From positions 1-64,000 of the forward strand of contig JAYZBQ010000009.1 in the NCBI GenBank assembly GCA_036338695.1: 64,000 nucleotides of DNA, written 5' to 3'. Positions 27,226-36,900 of this stretch are shown piece by piece. This DNA is from Myxococcota bacterium (GTDB taxonomy: Bacteria; Myxococcota; UBA4151). The notes under the pieces are model-generated. The model had not been told where the DNA came from and did no database searches. It saw only the letters and a list, made by a program, of their open reading frames with translations. Every line of letters starts with the position of its first letter. Within the stretch, counting starts at the first letter, position 1. A program made the translations under genes and the position numbers.

Positions 27226-27821
27226 GACAACGCTCCTTGTCCAAAAGGGTGCTCCCAAAGCCCCGCCGGATCCGGTCGAGGGATAAGCTCCACGTCAAGC
27301 AGGGCACCACCGGCTGCATCGAGCACAGCCTCCTCAGCCGCCTCGAGGTGCGCATGATCGCCCCGCAATGCGAAGACGGCGCGGCCACCGAGCCCGCGCC
27401 CGAGGCGCCAGCTCGACAAAGCGACGGGGACCGCCTTGAGGGCGGCGTCCACACTACGAAACGTGCTCGAGAGCGTCTCGGTCTCGACCAACAGGATGGC
27501 CGCGTCCTCATCATAACGTGTCATCAATGTCCCACCGAGGGCAGCGCCTAGAGCTGGGTGGGCATGCGGCAGGATCATCGCGTCCACGACTCGATCGCCG
27601 CCGACGGCGAGCGCGGCGTCATAGGCTAACCCCAAGGATTCGACGCCGCCGTCGACCAAGACGAGATGCCGAGCACCCGAGAACACCTCGCTGGCTAAAA
27701 CGCGTACATCGGCGGCTTTGAGTAGATCGTCGACCAGCCGCGCACCGCGCGCCAACCCGCGCAGCTCCACCGCCGCCAGCGCGTCGGCGAGGGGGTACCG
27801 TGCGTGATCAATCCAAGGCAC
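27222..27821 (-). CDS. BMC-T shell protein, PduT-like / single-layer tandem domain
   Basis: Two BMC domains: ALAAVELRGLARG...DDLLKAADV...ILPHAH and ILLVETET...DAALKAVPV...RLGRGLGGRA...IPRP. Confidence 0.88.
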   Translation of the reverse strand: MPWIDHARYPLADALAAVELRGLARGARLVDDLLKAADVRVLASEVFSGARHLVLVDGGVESLGLAYDAALAVGGDRVVDAMILPHAHPALGAALGGTLMTRYDEDAAILLVETETLSSTFRSVDAALKAVPVALSSWRLGRGLGGRAVFALRGDHAHLEAAEEAVLDAAGGALLDVELIPRPDPAGLWEHPFGQGALS

Positions 27822-27839
27822 GTCAGCAGCCGTCCCGCT

Positions 27840-29246
27840 CTAAACGATCCGAAATCGGTCTTTGAGCGTACAGCGGCGAATGCGCGAGAAACTAAGCGCC
27901 GTGGTCAAACCCTCGCCCGTCGGGCTAGCGATCGTAAACGAAGTGTAACCCTCTCCGCCCTCGGAGAGCCCCGCATAGTTCGGCGCATTCTTGATAAAGA
28001 TGCTGGTGTTGATCACCCGAGCCATCTGATGAAGGTTGTCGAGGTTGCGGCTCCACATCGAGGCCGTGTGGCCAAAGCCATGCTCACAGCGCAACGCGCC
28101 ATCGATCGCCGCATCGACGTTCGGATACCGCACCATCCCGAGGACCGGCATCAACAGCTCGTGCTGGACGAAGGGGTGATTCTCTTGAACCTCGCACAAG
28201 AGCACACGCGTCGACTGCGGCACGCGCAGGCCGATCGCGTCCGCGATGAACGCTGCGTCCTTGCCGATAAAACTGCGGTTGACGTGGTCATCGGGCGTGA
28301 TCAGGAGCGCCTCGAGCTGACGCAAGTTCTCGCCCTCGATCAGGTGCGCGCCCTGGCGGCACATCGAGTCGCGCAGCGCGTCGGCCACCTGTTCAACGAC
28401 CAACACCTCTTTTTCAGCGATGCAGACGACGTTGTTGTCCAGGCTGCAGCCCAAGACGATCCCTTTACCGGCGGCCTCAATATCGGCCGTCTCATCCACC
28501 ACACAGGGCGGGTTACCAGGTCCAGCGGCGATCGCCCTTTTCCCGGAATTCATCGCTGCTTTGACAACAGCGCCGCCGCCGGTCACCACCACCAAACGCG
28601 TCCCTTGGTGGGTCATCAGCTTGTTGGCGGACTCGATCGTCGGCTCCTCAATACAGGTCAGCAGATTGTTCGGGCCACCCGCGCCCATGATGGCGTGGTT
28701 GAGGTCGGCGATAAACCGAGCCGAGAGCCGCTTCGCCGCCGGGTGCACATTGAACACCGCCGAGTTCCCGGCAGCGATGAAGCTGATGGCGTTACACAAG
28801 ATGGTCTCGGTCGGGTTGGTGCAAGGCGTAATGGCGGCGATCACGCCGAAGGGAGCGTACTCCTGCAGGACCAGACCATCGTCACCGGTCCGAACCCAAG
28901 GCGTCAGGATCTCCGTACCCGGCGTCTTCGTCGCCACCAGGCGGTTCTTGACGATCTTGTCGTCCACGCGCCCGAGCCCGGTCTCTTCAACCGCCTCCTT
29001 CGAGAGGCGCTCGAGCTGATTGAGCGCGCAGGCGCGCATCGCCTCGATGATGCGCTCACGATCGGCCATGGTCAGGGCGCCCAGCTCACGCTGAGCAGCG
29101 CCCGCCGCCCTGACTGCCGCGTCGAGATCGGTAAAGACGCCGGGGCGTCCGCCGCCTGTACGCAGGCTCGGGGGCGCCGCGGGAGCCGCTTGGCTCACCC
29201 GCTGAACGACCTCCGAGACGATGCGCTCTAGTGTATGCTGGTCCAC
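27840..29246 (-). CDS. BMC-associated acylating aldehyde dehydrogenase (EutE/PduP-like) with N-terminal encapsulation peptide
   Basis: EETGLGRVDDKIVKN, APFGVIAAITPCTNPTET, VTGGGAVV, AGPGNPP, catalytic CIAEKE, ELLMP, SFTIASPTGEG; N-terminal amphipathic helix LERIVSEVVQRV. Confidence 0.95.
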   Translation of the reverse strand: MDQHTLERIVSEVVQRVSQAAPAAPPSLRTGGGRPGVFTDLDAAVRAAGAAQRELGALTMADRERIIEAMRACALNQLERLSKEAVEETGLGRVDDKIVKNRLVATKTPGTEILTPWVRTGDDGLVLQEYAPFGVIAAITPCTNPTETILCNAISFIAAGNSAVFNVHPAAKRLSARFIADLNHAIMGAGGPNNLLTCIEEPTIESANKLMTHQGTRLVVVTGGGAVVKAAMNSGKRAIAAGPGNPPCVVDETADIEAAGKGIVLGCSLDNNVVCIAEKEVLVVEQVADALRDSMCRQGAHLIEGENLRQLEALLITPDDHVNRSFIGKDAAFIADAIGLRVPQSTRVLLCEVQENHPFVQHELLMPVLGMVRYPNVDAAIDGALRCEHGFGHTASMWSRNLDNLHQMARVINTSIFIKNAPNYAGLSEGGEGYTSFTIASPTGEGLTTALSFSRIRRCTLKDRFRIV

Positions 29247-29249
29247 CGT

Positions 29250-29543
29250 TTACCCATCCTTTGTGTAGACGATCTCGCCGCCCTGCTCGACGCTGTCGAC
29301 GATCGCCATAATCACCGCATCAACCGGGCGATTGTTGGTGACGACGGTCTGACGAGCGGACGAACCCGACGCAAACAAGACCGTCTCACCGACGCCCGCA
29401 CCGACTGCGTCTGCGGCAACGAGCGGCGCGCCCGATGCGGCTCCGGCGCCGTCTGTTGGCTGCAACAGCATCAGACGTAGGCCCTCGATGGTCTCCTCCT
29501 TGCGTGTGGAGACCACCGTACCGATCACGTGTGCGAGCTTCAC
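29250..29543 (-). CDS. BMC-P vertex protein (EutN/CcmL family)
   Basis: [44 protein letters not shown]. Confidence 0.96.
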   Translation of the reverse strand: MKLAHVIGTVVSTRKEETIEGLRLMLLQPTDGAGAASGAPLVAADAVGAGVGETVLFASGSSARQTVVTNNRPVDAVIMAIVDSVEQGGEIVYTKDG

Positions 29544-29842
29544 TTCTTCTTAGCGCTCGGTGCGCGCCCAAGGGGCAGCGCGGCGTCCACGTTAGCGTGT
29601 GGGCGCGGGATGATGTGCACGCTGACCAGCTCCCCGACGCGTTCGGCGGCGCGGGACCCAGCTTCGGTCGCTGCTCGCACCGCAGCGACATCGCCGCGCA
29701 CCACGGCGGTCACGAAACCACCGCCGATCTTCTCGTATCCAACCAGTTCCACGCGGGCGGCTTTAACCATCGCGTCGGAGGCCTCAACCATCCCAACAAA
29801 TCCACGCGTTTCAATCATGCCAAGGGCATCAGCCATGCTCAT
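29540..29842 (-). CDS. BMC-H hexameric shell protein (PduA/EutM/CcmK family)
   Basis: ALGMIETRG...[11 protein letters not shown]...[11 protein letters not shown]...HIIPRPH. Confidence 0.97.
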   Translation of the reverse strand: MSMADALGMIETRGFVGMVEASDAMVKAARVELVGYEKIGGGFVTAVVRGDVAAVRAATEAGSRAAERVGELVSVHIIPRPHANVDAALPLGRAPSAKKK

Positions 29843-29885
29843 CTCTCCTTCGTAGAGGACCGGCGCTCAGGCCGGCATGTAATCA

Positions 29886-30506
29886 CTATTTTTCCGCCAC
29901 GCCTGTGACGCTCTCAATCGCTGCGATCGCGGCTTTGCTCGCCGCGTCGATCTCCGCCTCATCACCCGACAGATAGAGCCGGCCGAAGGCGCCGTACGGG
30001 CGAACTTCGATCAGCTTGACGTTCGCCGCTTTCTCCGCCTCATTGGCAGCGAAAACAGCGTAAGCGGCGGGGCGGCACTCAAAGATGAACAAGCTCTCGC
30101 CCGGTACGATCATCGAGCCGAAGCGGAACTTGTTGATCACCTGCGCTTGGTATGGAGACACGCCTCGGATGATCTCATTCGAGACCACAGAGGGCTTGAT
30201 CCGCTGGTCTTCGTTGAGACCCAAACCGTCCAAAATCGCAGCGCCCGCGGCGCGCACCTCGCCGATGTCTTCGTGGTGCATCTCGAGGCTACCGTAGGCC
30301 CGCTCGACCACTTGCATCGCCGGCTGACACTGAGTCGCCTTGAGCGCCGTATCGGTGACCCGATTAATCGCCATCCCCGGCGCGATCTCCACCCAGAGCG
30401 ACGCAACGTGCGGCACGGGCAAAAAGGCTCGGCTCGTCGTGGCGACGTAAGCAGCGAGTTGCGGCTGAAGATTATCGAGCAAACAATACGTACGAAGAGT
30501 GGTCAA
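29886..30506 (-). CDS. BMC-T permuted stacking shell protein (CcmP/CsoS1D-like)
   Basis: TTG start after [53 protein letters not shown]. Confidence 0.95.
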   Translation of the reverse strand: MTTLRTYCLLDNLQPQLAAYVATTSRAFLPVPHVASLWVEIAPGMAINRVTDTALKATQCQPAMQVVERAYGSLEMHHEDIGEVRAAGAAILDGLGLNEDQRIKPSVVSNEIIRGVSPYQAQVINKFRFGSMIVPGESLFIFECRPAAYAVFAANEAEKAANVKLIEVRPYGAFGRLYLSGDEAEIDAASKAAIAAIESVTGVAEK

Positions 30507-30541
30507 AAGGGGCTCCTACCTGCGTCCGCTTTCAGCGAGGT

Positions 30542-30569
30542 CTGATAGCCCTTATCCTGAAATTGGCAA
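30542..30569 (-). promoter_or_regulatory. Possible sigma70-like promoter of the BMC operon
   Basis: Minus strand TTGCCA-16 nt-TATCAG, 35 nt upstream of the BMC-T start; weak consensus. Confidence 0.25.
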
Positions 30570-30644
30570 AGCTCCTAGAGTGCGCGCCACTTGTCAGAAC
30601 CTATTGGTCAATGTTGCGCTGAGCGGGCGAAAGAGGGCTCCAAG

Positions 30645-30998
30645 TTGGACCGAGACGAAGAACACCTCGCGAAGCAGTTCGACGCGCTCGTCGCGCAGCT
30701 TCCAAGACAGCCGCGGCGGCGGCGCCTGCGAGCGCTGCCGTGGATCGTGGGCATGGGGCTGGCCATCGCGGTACTCGTCACGCTGCGCTACACCACGCGC
30801 CCAGACGCAGCGACCGGGCGCGCCGTGACCTATCCGCTCGCGGTGTGCGGCAACGGCCTGTTAGAGCCGAGCGAGGACTGTGAGCTCAGCGAACCAGGCT
30901 GCCCAGCCGACTGCGTCCGCCGACCCGGATCAAGCGATCCGTCGGCGACGCAACGCGACCACGGCAAACAGAAGCCAGGCGAGATCCCCAAACGGTGA
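30645..30998 (+). CDS. Small membrane protein with one myxobacterial Cys-rich motif
   Basis: Basic patch, TM LPWIVGMGLAIAVLVTL, VCGNGLLEPSEDCE...CPADC. TTG start chosen; 3' end overlaps the convergent adhesin. Confidence 0.6.
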   Translation: MDRDEEHLAKQFDALVAQLPRQPRRRRLRALPWIVGMGLAIAVLVTLRYTTRPDAATGRAVTYPLAVCGNGLLEPSEDCELSEPGCPADCVRRPGSSDPSATQRDHGKQKPGEIPKR

Positions 30999-33900
30999 AC
31001 CAGCGCAACCGCAGGCGGTCTCATCAACGCCCCAGTTTGCCGCTTCGCTCTCGTCGGGCTCGACCACAGAGATCACCACGGTATCGGGCGTACTCTCGAG
31101 CTCTCCATCGCCGACCACCAAGTCAAAGACGTAGACGCCGGGGTCCAGCGCTTTGAACTCTGGGTTCGGCGTGTCCCCACCGTTTAGGTCGATCTCGGGG
31201 CCACCCACTTGCTCCCAGCGATACGTCGGCGTGTCCTCCTCGAGCACGACCGCCTCGCCAGCGAGCGTCACCAGGGCCGGGTCACCGGTTACGGGCAGCT
31301 CGACGCGTTGGTCCTCGCCTGCGATGGCGATGGGGCCGTTGTAGCGCACGGTGATCACGACCTCATCCTCGGCGCTGCGGTCGCCCGGCGCCGTGACCTG
31401 AAGCTTGAAGGTGTAGTCACCGGGGTACAACAACTCAACCGTAGCGATCGCAAGACTTGGGTCATCGATGGTCACCTCTTGCGGGCCTCCGACGGCGCTC
31501 CAGACATAGCGCAGGCCTTGCGCCAGCGGGTCGATGCTGGCGCTGCCGTCGAGCTCGATCACGCCCGGGTCGACGGTTCGATCGAGCCCTGCGTTCGCAA
31601 TCGGCGCAATGTCCGGGTTGTCCTGAACCGTGATCACCCACTCGTGCAGCACAACGTCTTCACCGTCGGTGACTTCGACCTGCACCAACACGGCTTGATC
31701 GACCGCCTCGACCGGCGGCAGCCAGGTCACCAAGCCCTCGTCTTCGGTCACCTCCATGCCACCAGGTCCCGCCTTCAGGCTGAACGACAGGACGTCATCT
31801 TCATCCGGGTCATTCGCCCGAATTCGGTACTCGTAGGCGACCTCTGCGACCGCAACCGTGATCGCCTCAGAGGTGATCACCGGTGGGTTGTTGGCGAACT
31901 CATCGATGACCTCAAGCACGTAGGTCTGAAGGTCCGTGCCGCCGCGCCCATCACTCACCTGGACGACAACGTCGTTCGGACCGAGATCCTCTTCGGTCGG
32001 CGTCCACGAGATCTCGCCCGTCTCAGCGTCGATGTTCATGAGCACCGGACTCGCTGCGGCCAGCGAGTACACCAAACGGTCGGCGTCAGGGTCCTGCGCC
32101 CGAGCGGTGTAGAGGTATTCCTCACCGATCTGAGCGGTCGTCGGAGGCGTCGAGGTGAAGGTGGGCGCGCTGTTTGCTCCCGGCTCGGTCACGAGCACCG
32201 TCCAACGAAGCTCGGCCTCAGCGCCTCGGTCATCCGTTGCGATCAGCTGGAACGAGAAGGTGCCCTCAGCGTCCGGCGTCCATGTCAGGCGGTTGCACCG
32301 ACCATCGGAACACTCAGCGGAGGGCGGACCTGCGACGAGCTGCACGCTCACAGGGTCAGCGTCTTCGTCCGATACACGGGGCTCAAAGAGATACTCCTGA
32401 CCGACCACCGCCTCAGTCTCTGGCTCGTTACCAAAAGCCGGCGGCGTGTTCGCCTCAACCTCCACCAAGACCAAGACGGTCTGGCGGTCAAACAGCCCCT
32501 CATCATCGCTGACCCGCACCACGAAGCTGAGGGTCTGACCGGTCTGAGCGTCGCTCGGCGTCCACCGCAGCACGCCCGTGTCGCGATCGATGGTCATCCC
32601 CGGCGGGCCGCTCTCAAGCTCCCAGCTCAGCGCATCACCGTCGAGGTCGCGCGCCTCGTAGTCGAACGTGTACAGGACGCCAGCGCTCGCACGGTCCGGC
32701 GCGGTGTTGCTGATCGTCGGCGCGCGGTTCGAAGGCGGCACGTCGACGCCGACACGGTAACTCTGCTCGTCAAAGCTCCCGAGCGTGTCTTCGACGCGCA
32801 CGATCACAAGGAACGTCTCCTGACCTTGCTCTTCGCTTGGGATCCAAGTGATCAAACCGCTCTGGGCGTTGATGCTCATCCCGAGCGGCGGCCGGCTTGT
32901 GATCCGGTAGTTCAGGGGCTGACCCGGGTCCTCATCGGTGGCCCCCACGTCATAACGATACGCCTCGCCGACCACGGCCTCCACGACCGGGTCCGTAGTG
33001 ATCTCCGGCGCTCGATTCGGAACGGTCACTTGCCAGCTGAGACGATCCGTCCCGCCGCGACCATCCAAGACCCCGACGACGAAGTCATAGCTCTCACCCA
33101 AGTCGCCTAGATCAGGGCTCCAATCGAGCGCGCCAGCGCCCGTCAAACGCGTCCCCTCCGGTGCGTTCACCAACCGCCAACTGAGCGGGTCACCGTCAGG
33201 GTCCGACGCCGACAAGCTGATAGTATAATCATTGCCTAAGAACACCTGGGTCGACGGGCTCGAGGTGATGCTCGGCGGGTTGTTGCCGCTCTGTTGTGGG
33301 TCCACGCGAACCGTCCAGCGTTGGCGGTCGTTGTCGTTGCCGTCGGAGACCTCGATCTGGAACACGACCTCACGGTTCTCGAACAGCGGGGTCGGTTGCC
33401 AGCTTACGGCGCCCGTCTCAGCGTTGATCCGCGCCCCCGCCGGAGCCTCGAGCAGTCGCCAGGTCAACTCATCGTCATCGGCGTCCGTTGCGACGGGTTC
33501 ATAGGTGAACGCCGCCAGGACGCGCGCGGAGGTCGGCGGGTTGCTCGTGATCTCAGGCGCCTGGTTGTTCAGGTCACCCTCACGCACGACAACATCCCAC
33601 TGCTGCCGGTTGATGCCACCACGCCCGTCTCGAACCTCGACCGCAAAAGAGACCGTGCCGACATCTTCAAGCACCGGCGTCCAGGTCAGCACACCTGTCG
33701 ACGAGTTGATCACAGCGCCAGCGGGTCCGGAGGTCATCACCCACCCAAGGACGTCACCGTCCTCGTCCGTCGCTTGGCCAGAGTACGTGTACTGTTCGCC
33801 CACAATCGCAAGCTCAGGAGGTGTTGAGGTGATACGCGGCGCATTGTTGGCTGGGGCGCCATCGGTGATCTGGATCGCCAGCGCCTGGGTGTTCGCCAAG

Positions 33901-36900
33901 CCGTTGGTATCCACCGCCACCAAAACGCAGCTGACCGTGCTGCCCAGCAAAGAGGCTGGCGGCGTATAGAGCAGCTGACCGGTGACCTGGTTGATGGTCA
34001 TCCCCTGCGGGCAGTCCTCACCCTCTTCGAACAAGAAGAAGCGCACGGCGTCGCCGTCAGGGTCCTCTGCGGTTGCGACATAGACCAGCTGCTCACCCGC
34101 GGTCGCCTGCGTCGGCGGATCGCTCGTAAACGCCGGGGGACGATTCGCCTGACCCGAGTCGACGCTGATTTGGAACACCTGCCCAGCAAAGGCAGTGCCG
34201 TCGGTGACCGCTACGGTCACCCGGAAAATCCCAGCCTCCGACGGCGTCCAGGTGATCTCACCCGTGCTGGCGTTGATCGTCATACCAGCGGGCGGGTCTT
34301 CATCCTCTGGGAGCACCAAAAACAAGGGGTCACCGTCCTCATCGGTCGCCTGCGCTTGATAGCTATACTCTTGCCCCACGGTCGCCTGCGTCGGCGCCAC
34401 GGACGTTATCACCGGCGGGTTGTTCACCGGCGGCGGTGGGTCGCCTGAGACCTCTACGTTCCACTCTTGGCGCGCCTCACCGCCGCGCGGATCACTGACC
34501 ACGAGCCGGAACGCCTGAGCCTGTCCGCCCTGACCCTCGGTCGGTGTCCAGGTGATGTTCCCGCCCTCGGTGATCTCAGCCCCCGCCGGCGCAACCTCGA
34601 GCGTGTAGGTCAGCTCTTCGCGCTCGAGGTCGAAGGCTTGCACTTGGTACTGATAGACCACACCCGGTGACCCCGTACCGCTCGGCGTGCTGGTAATGAT
34701 CGGTGGCTGATTTGGCTCACCGTCGGTCACGCTCACGGTCCACGCCTGACTCGTCACGCCGCCGTTGCCGTCGCTCACTCGGATCTCAAAGTCGAAGTCC
34801 TGCCCGGCGCTGCCCGGCGGAATCAACCAGATGACGCCGTTGATCGGCCCGCGGCTCTGAATGCGCGCCCCGGGCGGACCGCTGACCAACGTGTAGGTCA
34901 GCTCATCGCCGTCGGCGTCCGTGGCGATGATGTTGTAGATGTATGGCGACGCCTGGGTGGCGGTGGTCGCCGGTTGCGAGGCAATCACCGGGTCACGGTT
35001 CTCGACCTCTCCCGCCACTTGGATCGTGATCTGTTGAAGGTCGGCGTTGTCCGACGGATCGACGACGCCGATGACGCAGCTGACGGTCGAGCCCGCATCG
35101 GTCAGCGACGGTGTCCAGGTGAAGCGTCCCGTTAGGACGTTGATCGACGCACCCTCAGGGCAACGATCGGGATCCGTAAAGAACCGCAGCGTCTCGCCTT
35201 CGGGATCGGTTGCGATCACTTGATAGACGTACTGGACGCGCGGCTGCGCCTCCGCAGGCGCTGAGGACGTGATGCGCGGCGGCTCATTGACCGGCACACC
35301 CACGCCTACCTGGAACGACTGAGCGTCAAATAGGCCGCCTTCATCAACCACAGCGACGACGACGCGGTGGGTGATCCCACCCTGCTCTTGGCTCGGTGTC
35401 CACGTGATCACGCCGGTCTCGGAGTCGATGATCATGCCCGTCGGTGGGTCTTGGTCTTGCGGCAGCAAGAACACCAAGGTGTCATTGTCCGGATCGGTGG
35501 CTGTCACTTGATACCGATACAGCACCCCAACTGTGGCGGACGTCACCGCCTCAGAGGTGATCGAAGGCGCTCGGTTGCCCACGTCAGGGCTCACGCGCAC
35601 GATCCACGTCTGCTCGTCCTGCCCGCCGTTTCCATCGCTCGCTCGCAGCGTGAAGCGGAGCTCTTGGTCACCCTGCGCGTCGCTCGGCACCCAAGCGACG
35701 GCGCCGCCGACAAAGCGAGCGCCCGCCGGAGCCTCCGTCAGGACAAAAGTCACCGAGTCGCCGTCTTCATCCGTCGCCACCGGACGGTAGCTGTACGCCT
35801 GACCGACCGTGGCTTGCCCGGAGGCCTGACTCGTGATCACCGGCGCGTTGTTCTGATCCAGCTCGTCCACGCCGATGTCCACTCGCAGCTCGGTAGTTGC
35901 ACCCTCAGAGTCTCGCAGCTCGAGCACCATCGTGTGGCTGATCCCCGCCTGAGCCTCGCTCGGCGTCCAGGTCACCAGACCGTCTGCGTCCGCCTGCATC
36001 CCGGCAGGTCCGCTGACCAAACGGAAGGTCACCGCATGCCCTTCGGCGTCCGTCCATGTCGCTTGGTAGCGATATTCGACCCCGACCTCGGCGGTGTTGG
36101 GCGCCTGCGACGTAAAGATCGGCGCCGTATTGGGCGGCTCCGCCTCCTGCACCGTCACCGACCAGTTCTGTTGCGTACCGCCGCCGTTACCGTCGGTCAC
36201 GTTCAGCCGGAACGTCTGCTGACCGACCTGAGCCAGGACCGGCGTCCAGGTGATCGTTGCGCCGCGCAGCGTCGCGCCGTCTGGGAGGAGCTCGGCGACC
36301 AGCGTCAGCGCATCGCCGTCGGCGTCGGTGGTCGTCGCCGTGTAGGTGTAGACGACCCCAACGGTCGCAGTCGTCGGCGGCGACGAGGTGAACACCGGGT
36401 CTCGGTTCGGCGGCTCTTCTTCGGTCACTGTGACGGAGAAGTCTTGGTTCGTGTCGGCGCCATTCGCGTCGACGACCGTCACTCGGAAGCTGACGATCTG
36501 ACCCACCTGCGCCTGATTCGGCGTCCAGGTCACGCGACCCTGCTCGTCCATCGTCGCGCCGTCAGGCGAGCGCAACGGATCCAGCGAGAAGGTCATCGAG
36601 TCGCCGTCCGGATCGGTCGCCAGCACCACGTAGACGTACTCCACGCCCGGGTAAGCCTCGCTCTCCGGGCTCGAGGTGATGATGGGGGCACGATTGACCT
36701 GATCGGAGACCGTCACGGTCCATGACTGAGACGTGCGCAGCCCGCCGCCGTCCTCGACCTCCAACGTGAAGTCTTGTTGTGTCCCTCGCTGGTCCAGGCT
36801 GGGCTCCCACTGAATGATGCCGCTGACCGGGTTGACGAAGGCGCCATTGGGTGCGTTCGAGAGGAAAAAGCGCAGCGGCGTGCCCTCGGGATCGACGGCG

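Noticed and set aside
27804..29231. 475-aa plus-strand ORF
   Set aside because: Shadow frame opposite the aldehyde dehydrogenase; no motifs; typical of high-GC DNA.
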